Source of the DNA: Eledone cirrhosa
Lineage: Eukaryota
Length of the DNA: 64,000 bases
Direction of reading: 5' to 3'
Assembly (NCBI GenBank): GCA_964016885.1
Contig: OZ024748.1
Location: 52,514,001 to 52,578,000 of the forward strand
Shown: in pieces, positions 55,999 to 64,000 of the stretch
Numbering within the stretch: the stretch's first letter is position 1
Layout: every line of letters starts with the position of its first letter
The notes under the pieces: generated by a model
What the model was told of the DNA's origin: nothing
Seen by the model: the letters and a program-made list of their open reading frames with translations, nothing else
Databases searched by the model: none
Made by a program: the position numbers and the translations under genes

Positions 55999-56290
55999 TG
56001 TGAATGGGCCTGCTCTGAGCATGTGTCTGTAGTATCAAGGTAGGAAAACTGAAAGAGGGCGCCTGCCCTAGTGGTCAAGGTAACCGTTGTTTTTTTTATG
56101 TGGCTTTCTTCACGTGTGACCCTTGGAAGTCTCCCCTCTATTGGGGAATTTTTCCTTGTTTCCTTTTTTATACATATAATTTTGTTTTGTTTTTTACATT
56201 CAGGGATGTCCATTTGTACCGTCCTGTATTGTCCTGTACTGTCCTTAATGTTATACTTTATGTCAACCCTTGTGGTTAATAAAAGAAGCA
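55999..56290 (+). mobile_element. Possible L1/Tx1-like LINE 3' end
   Basis: Short ORF end (VNGPALSMCL*), then a T-rich UTR ending AATAAAAGAA; assignment from recalled similarity only. Confidence 0.35.
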
Positions 56291-56798
56291 GTATTATTAG
56301 TTACACCCTCATACATTCTGAGTTCCTATCCTGCCGAGGTTAGCTTTGCTTTTCATCTTTACGGGGTCAATAAAATAAAGTACCAGTAATGCACTGCAGT
56401 CAATTTAATCAACTTTCCCCTACCCCAAAATTGCTGGCCTTGTGCCTATATAAGAAATTATTATTATTAATCTGATTTCATTTGGTGGTGTCACTGCATT
56501 ACAAACCACAACATTGCATATATAGAATATGTGCAGTGTTATGGTTTGGGTGTTGCTCATTTTATTGAAATGAAAGTACTTTTCATAATGTGTGTGAAGT
56601 ACTTAGTAGTGTTATTTTCTGTATGTATATATATTTTTGTTATATTTAATTAAATTTGCTATGATAAAATTCTATTGTCTTCATTCTTTCTCCTATAACA
56701 CCTATTACCTTTAATCTTGTATGCATTGTAGAGCTTTTAAACTTATTTAAATTTATATTTCCTATTCCACAATGCTTCAACCAAACTACAACACCCTA

Positions 56799-57138
56799 CA
56801 TCATCATCATCATCATCATCATCGTTTAACGTCCATCTCCCACGCTTGCATGGGATTGGACGGGAATTTTCCCACTTGAGGCAAGATTGGTTGTCTCGCT
56901 CGTATAGGACTGTCTGGCGGGTTTTCTACGGCTGGATGCCCTTCCTAACGCCAACCACGTTTACAGTGTGGACTGACTGGGAGGTTTTTACTGTGTTACC
57001 TACATGGCCACATTACAGCGTGGACTGTGTGTTTTTTTGTCGTGACACCTACACAACCTCATTTATTTTGGACTGGATGTTGTGTAACCAACATAACTTG
57101 ACATCGAAAGGGGTGGTGTGGATGGGGTGGGGGTGGGA
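56799..57138 (-). mobile_element. SINE-like element, type-B tail
   Basis: Similar to 40402-40738. Confidence 0.75.
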
Positions 57139-57468
57139 TATATATATATATATAAAGTCATAAGGACATATATTTAAACATAGTCACAGATATATATATG
57201 AGTGTAGACTACCTTCAATGGTGTGGCTTGATGAGTGAATGATGAGTGAATGATGAGTGAATGAATTAAATAAATAATTATCAATCAGAGCAATATAAAG
57301 CCAGACAAAATTTATCCATTTTTTATTCTTAGTCCATAGAAATCAACTAGATAAATAATCATTTAAACATTTTAAACTCAGCTCCATTTAAATGATTATT
57401 TATTTAGTTGATTTCTATGGACTAAGAAGAAAAAATTGGATAAATTTTGTCTGACTATTCTTCAAACT

Positions 57469-57523
<55 letters not shown>

Positions 57524-57566
57524 AAATACAAATATTAATAAAATAGATGTTCTTTTGATCAATTAA

Positions 57567-57619
57567 ATTTTATTATACACATTTCAGAGGTACAACAGTA
57601 TGTCCTCATCAGACAAAAT
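57567..57619 (-). ncRNA. Minimal hammerhead ribozyme motif
   Basis: Minus strand: ATTTTGT-CTGATGA-GGACATAC TGTT GTACCTCT-GAAA-TGTGTATA-ATAAAAT. Confidence 0.7.
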
Positions 57620-57890
57620 CTAATTGTTTCTACTTTAGGTACAAGGCCAGCAATTACCCAGTGCATTACTGGTACTTTATTTTATCGACCCCGTAAGGAT
57701 GAAAGGCAAAGTCAACCTCGGCGGGATTTGAAATCAGATCGTAAAGGGACGTAAGTATGCTGTAAAGCATGGCGTCCGACCCTCTACCGATACTGCTAAT
57801 CCACCGCCCTTGGTTAAGAATTAATCAAGGTAGTAATCAAGGTAGTAATCGTAACCATTTAACATCTCAGGGTATGTCATGTATCATTAT

Positions 57891-57943
57891 ATTTTGTCTG
57901 ATGAGGACGTACTGTTGTACCTCTGAAATATGTCTAATAAAAT
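57891..57943 (+). ncRNA. Minimal hammerhead ribozyme motif
   Basis: ATTTTGT-CTGATGA-GGACGTAC TGTT GTACCTCT-GAAA-TATGTCTA-ATAAAAT. Confidence 0.7.
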
Positions 57944-58062
57944 TTAATTGATCAAAAGAACATCTATTTTATTAATATTTATATTTTAATATTAATAACT
58001 CTGTAAAATGTTATTTGTAGAGTGCTTCAAATCTACTGTAAAACTCATTCTTTGTTTAACTC

Positions 58063-58140
<78 letters not shown>

Positions 58141-58819
58141 CATATTATAAAGTTATAAACCTTTTAAAACATCATGATCATCATCGTTGTTGTTTAACAT
58201 CCATTTACTACACTTGCATGGGTTTGATGGGTTGTCATGCTATGAGACAAGTCAGGTCTGAAGACTAACAGGCTCATAGAGATCTGTATTTTGGGTTCTA
58301 TGATTGGATGCTCTTCCTCATACCAACCTCGTTATAGAGTGGACAGGGAGCTTTGTATCATGGCACCAACATGACTACATTACTGGGTGGACTGGGAGTG
58401 CTTTGATGTGTCACCAGCACAACCGCCTTGCAAGTTGGACTGGATGCTTTTTGTTGTATCTCCAGCACAACCATCTTGCAGGGTGGACTGGGAGATTTTT
58501 GTTGTCACCAACATGACCACTTTGCAGGGTGGACTGGATGCTTTTTTGTCATGTCACTAGCATGATCACCTTATAGGGTGGATTGGGTGCTTTTCTTACG
58601 TCACCAGAATGATCACTTTATGGATGGACTAGGTTCTTTTCTCATGTCACCAGCATGACCAACTTACAGGGTGGACTGGGTGATTTAAATATGTTGAAAT
58701 ATTTTTTACAATATAATATTCTTTATATATTTATGATTTGGAATATTGAGTGTCACTCATGATTATTTTGAATATCGTAAAGAAATAAAAACTTTGTGAT
58801 GACCATATGAAATAAGGAC

Positions 58820-59407
58820 TTCTAATTTAGGCACAAGGCCAACATTTTGGCAGGGTAGGGGAAGGGGAAGTTGATTAAATCTACTCTAATGCAATACTGG
58901 TAAGGATGAAAGGCAAAGTTAACCTCAGAGGTATTTGAACTCAAATGAAAACGTAGTGACTATATGCTACAAAGCATAATAATAACAACACCAACAACAA
59001 TGATAATTGTTTCTAGTGTAGGCACAAGGCCAGCAATTGAAAGTGAAGGGAAAGTCGATTAAATCGACCCCAGTGCATTACTGGTGCTATATTTTATCGA
59101 GCCTGTAAGGAGGAAAGGCAAAGCTAACCCTGGTGGGATTTGAAAACAGAATATAAAAGGCCCTAACTATATGCTACAAAGCATAACAACAACAACAACA
59201 ACAATAATAATAATAATAATTGTTTCTACTTTAGGCACAAGGCCAGCAATTACTCAGTACATTACTGGTACTTTATTTTATCGACCCCCGTAAAAATGAA
59301 AGGCAAAGTCAACCTCGGCGGCATTTGAACTCAGAATGGCAAGGGCCGTAACTCTCTGCGTCAAAGCATGGCGTCCGACCCTCTACCGATACTGCCAATC
59401 CACCGCC

Positions 59408-59408
<1 letters not shown>
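58820..59408 (-). mobile_element. Three head-to-tail copies of the second SINE family
   Basis: Three GGCACAAGGCCA..AAAGGCAAAG..TTTGAA units separated by (AAT/AAC)n. Confidence 0.85.
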
Positions 59409-59445
<37 letters not shown>

Positions 59446-60024
59446 TAATAAATGTGGATATCTATGTAAATAATTCTTTGTATATAGTTTCACTCCAATC
59501 ATGTTTGGCAATCGACCAAGTAAAAAAAAAGGTTCAACTGTAGAAATACTTTAATACTTTATTACACAGAAGGAAATGGTTATGAATTGAAAAGGCAAGT
59601 TCAAAATTACTAAACTGTGTTTTCAAATTTATTTGGTATAGGATAAGCAACATTGTGACAAATTGTAAATTTTTCCAAACATGAAATAAAGCTTCTAATA
59701 TTGAAACTTTGTTAAATGAAACATTTTCTTCCCATGTTTTTTTTTATGTTTATAATTTTATTCATGGAATTTTAAATTAATACATTAGTTATACAAACAA
59801 ATACGTATAGACATACAGAGACACCCAGACATATCTGAACACATACACACACACACACATCGATATGCTTACAGATACACATACACACACACACACCGAT
59901 ATGCTTACAGATACACATACACACACACACCCACACACATCGATGTGCACACAAACACACACAGAGTGACAGAGGTGGCAGTAACTCCATATATTTTGTT
60001 TGGTTTGTTAGTTTAAGCTAAATT

Positions 60025-60063
<39 letters not shown>

Positions 60064-60122
60064 CATACATATATATATATACATATATATATATATAAAT
60101 ATATATACATATATATATATAT

Positions 60123-60163
<41 letters not shown>

Positions 60164-60194
60164 CATATATATATATACACATACATATATATAC

Positions 60195-60225
<31 letters not shown>

Positions 60226-60336
60226 CACACATACATACATATATATATATACATATATACACACACACACATACATACATACATACATATATACATACAT
60301 ATATACACACATATCACAACACACACATACATACAT

Positions 60337-60372
<36 letters not shown>

Positions 60373-60694
60373 GTATAGACATACATGTAATAAATTGAAT
60401 ATATGTAAACATATTTAGCAGCAATGGACAGATGGGAGAGGGGAGAAATTTGGGGCTGAAAGCTGAAAACAATAAGAGACTGCAGAGACAAACATTACAA
60501 GTATTAGAATTCTAGGGTTTTATTAGAGCCAATCGGGAGGTGAAGCATGGCTAAAACTTCACAGTCTTTCGCGAAGGCATAAATACTTCACAGAATTCTG
60601 ACTGTTGATCTCAGGCTTACATATATTGAATTTTATGTGTGATCATATACAACACATTTAATAATTGATACATATATGTAATGCTTAATAGGAA

Positions 60695-60740
<46 letters not shown>

Positions 60741-60793
60741 ATATATATGTATGAATATATATATAATGAAATATATATATACATATAAGTTTC

Positions 60794-60846
<53 letters not shown>

Positions 60847-60901
60847 GTATATATATGTCTATATATATAATGAAATATATATATACATACATATATGTTT
60901 C

Positions 60902-60939
<38 letters not shown>

Positions 60940-61075
60940 GAAACTTATATGTATGTATATATATATTTCATTATATATATAGATATATATACATACATAT
61001 AAGTTTCATATTATATATATATTACAATATATATATATATATATATATTATGAAATATATATGCATGCATATAAG

Positions 61076-61110
<35 letters not shown>

Positions 61111-62444
61111 GAAATATATAAATTTCACACATATATATATATATTCATTCATACACACATACACATACATACATACATACATACATACATACATACATAC
61201 ATACATACATACATACATACATACATACATACATACATACATACATACAAGATATTTAGAATTTTCCAACTAAATTTGGTAAAAAATGTACTGAAGAATC
61301 AATAATATGAAAGTCAAATTATTAACTCCATTATCATTATTGTAATATTCTTATTAATATAAATGTAAAAAGTTATATATATTGTGTGTATCTGTGCATA
61401 AATGTATATATGTGTGTATATAAGTGTGTGTGTATACGTATGTGTGTGTGTGTATATAAGTGTGTGTGTATATATAAGTGTGTGTGTATGTGTGTGTGTG
61501 TATCATCATTTAACATCCACTTATCCTGCTAGCAAGGGTTGGACGAGCAATTATATATATGCGTTTGTGTGTGTGTGTGTGTATGTGTGTGTGCATATGT
61601 GTATATATTTACATATATATATATATGTATGTTTATGTGTATATATATTAATATATACTACACATACATGCACATATATATATACATATACTTACACATA
61701 TCATCATCATCCTTTAATACCTGCTTTAACGTATGTGTGTGTGTGTGTATATATTTATATATATACATATATTTTTCCATTGTCTTTGTTGTTGCCCCCC
61801 CTCCCCTACCCCCCTATTTCGAACTAATATTCTAAAGACTCAGTCATGCCGGCTTTTTTAAATTGTGTGTGTGTGTATGTGTGTGTATGTGTGTGTGTGT
61901 ATGTGTGTGTGTGTATGTGCGTGTGTATGTGTGTGTATGTGTGTATGTGTGTGTGTGTATGTGTGTGTGTGTGTGTATGCATGTGTGTGTGTATGTGTGT
62001 GTATGTGTGTGTGTATGTGTGTGTATGTGTGTGTGTATGTGTGTGTGTATGTGTGTGTGTATGTGTGTATGTATGTGTGTGTGTATTTGTGTGCACCAAT
62101 TCCAGTTAGCTAATGACATACAAATATGTGCTAGAGGTTATCCAGATCCTCAAATGATCTTAAGAGAGGTCCAATCACAAATATTCTCCCTATTACACTC
62201 AATAGCACAAAACATTATCAAGAATCTAAAGTGCTGCAAGACTGACAATCTCTTTCTCACTCTCTTGTTATCAAACTGAAAGCTTCAGAGACCCTCCATT
62301 ACCTTAGAAGGTGACATGGAAAACACACGTCCCACCCCCCTTCTCCTTACATTCCTGACTATGATTTTGTCATAGTAAATTTCTAGAAAGACACCACTAC
62401 CCCCATTACTTTTAGGAGGAAATATTTTTTTTTCTGTTTCTGGA

Positions 62445-62866
62445 ACTCATTTTCAGCTGAGTATACTGGAGCAGCATGAAAAGAAGTGTTTTGCTCAAGA
62501 ACACAACACAAAGCCCAGACCAGAAATCAAACCCACGATATTGCGATCATAAGTCCTACACCATTACCACTAGGCCATGTGTGTGTGTGGGTGTGTGTGT
62601 GTGTGACAGCTCACACCTATGCAGGTTTAGCTGGCCTCCTCCAAGGTAAATCTCGTTGGAGGTGTCTTGGGTAGTTTTAATGAAAGGGACCCCAGTCCTA
62701 TCATCTCATTTCTACGGCTGAGTAAACTGGAGCAATGTGAAATAAAGTGTCTTGCTCAAGGAAACAACACATCACCCGGTCCGAGAATTGAACTCACAAC
62801 CTTTTGATTGCAAGCCCAATGCTCTAAACACTAAGCCATGCGCCTTCCCTAGGCCACGTGCCTCCT
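62445..62866 (-). mobile_element. Nested CORE-type SINE fragments
   Basis: Two CORE blocks; 62685-62846 is the reverse complement of the 5' half of the 3611 family. Confidence 0.75.
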
Positions 62867-63559
62867 GTACGATTGAATAATATTTTCCTTAACTCTGTGA
62901 CCATGTAGTTTTGCAGAAGGATGAAAAGCGAGAGATGAATGTCATGATAAACTCACAACTCAAATGGGAATCTTTTCAAAATCTATTAAGCTCAGATCTC
63001 TATTGACAGATTATTGAAGTTAATTATCTAAACTATAATAAAGTAAGAAGCGAGGGACTGCGTACGGTTTATAATTGTTTATCCCATTAGTAAAATAAGT
63101 TGGATTACTTTGAATAAATAATTGTTTCTACTTTTGGCACAAGGCCAGCAATTACCCAATGCAATACTGGTACTTTATTTTATCGACCCCGTAAGGATGA
63201 AAGGCAAAGTCAAGAATAAATAATGAATGAATATTACATAATTTATCTACTAAATTTCGCGGCTGTTCATTAAATATATTTTATTATTTATTTAAAGATT
63301 CACTTCTTTAAAATTTTCAAATGTCAACACTTCCGGTGACGATCGCTTAAATAAACATATTCATTTTCTGTCACTAATTTTCTCCTAATGCATGTATCAT
63401 GGATTACGTTACTGATTACATAAGACAGTGTAATGCAGTCTTCTTTCAATTTCTGTGTATATTGTCAATTACGATTGTATTTGATGTATCATATCTACAT
63501 GTATATATACCTGCGTATAATATCAATATACACACTACACAAGCTAGCAGAAAACCATC

Positions 63560-64000
63560 CGAAGGTGCTCTCATAGCTCAGACTCCAGAAATCCTACCAG
63601 TCACCATCACAGTAGCTCTTACAGCTTATAAAAGAATGAGCCTGACAATTAGCATCCAGAAAACTGAGTTCATATGTGAATGACACCTCATTACACTGTC
63701 ACCTTTTCTCCTCACTTGCTCAGTAAAAACCTAACAATTAAGCAAGCTCTCTTAATCCTGTGACCTAAGCAGTATAATGTCCAATGACTGCATATTGTAT
63801 GAAGGGATTTTAAACCACCTCGGCAAGGCCTCTTTAGCCTTTGTGAGTCTCAAGAAGAAAGTCTTTCTCAACAAATAACTAAGCCCCCTACCAAGGTTCT
63901 AGTCTACTGGGCTGTCTACTGTCCCACTCTCCAAGTTTAGATACAAGACATGGACCACATACAGCTAATACATTAAGACCTTCAGACTTTTAACTTCCAG
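63560..64000 (+). mobile_element. Decayed RTE (BovB/RTE-1-like) reverse transcriptase fragment, runs off the window
   Basis: ALIAQTPE..MSLTISIQKTEF and SIMSNDC..HLGKASLAFVSLKKKVF..TKVLVY..TWT motifs, with stops and frameshifts. Confidence 0.75.

Larger units (their letters stand above)
57523..58055. mobile_element. Fold-back Penelope-like pLTR pair interrupted by a SINE (57621-57808)
   Basis: 57523-57619 is the reverse complement of 57891-57987; HHR in each arm; homologous to 4030-4255. Confidence 0.8.

Overview
This is AT-rich eukaryotic intergenic or intronic DNA, and I could not support any protein-coding gene in it. The repeat landscape most resembles a coleoid cephalopod such as Octopus (inference): huge (AT)n/(CA)n/(GAT)n/(CAC)n microsatellites, tRNA-derived CORE-type SINEs, and RTE-clade LINE 3' ends with (TGA)n tails. 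Nearly all long ORFs in the track are microsatellite artefacts. Real content: many SINEs from several modular families, decayed RTE LINE fragments, hAT and piggyBac-like MITEs, several minisatellites and one 200-N gap. The main discovery is a set of about 10 minimal type-I hammerhead ribozyme (HHR) motifs. Several occur as opposite-strand pairs inside long fold-back palindromes (8871-9211, 28057-28415, 57523-57987), a layout typical of Penelope-like element pLTRs. Eight HHRs from five loci share a palindromic stem III and an invariant C.C mismatch at position 4 of an otherwise covarying stem II; most of these loci also share flanking motifs. All pairings were done by eye, and repeat boundaries are approximate.
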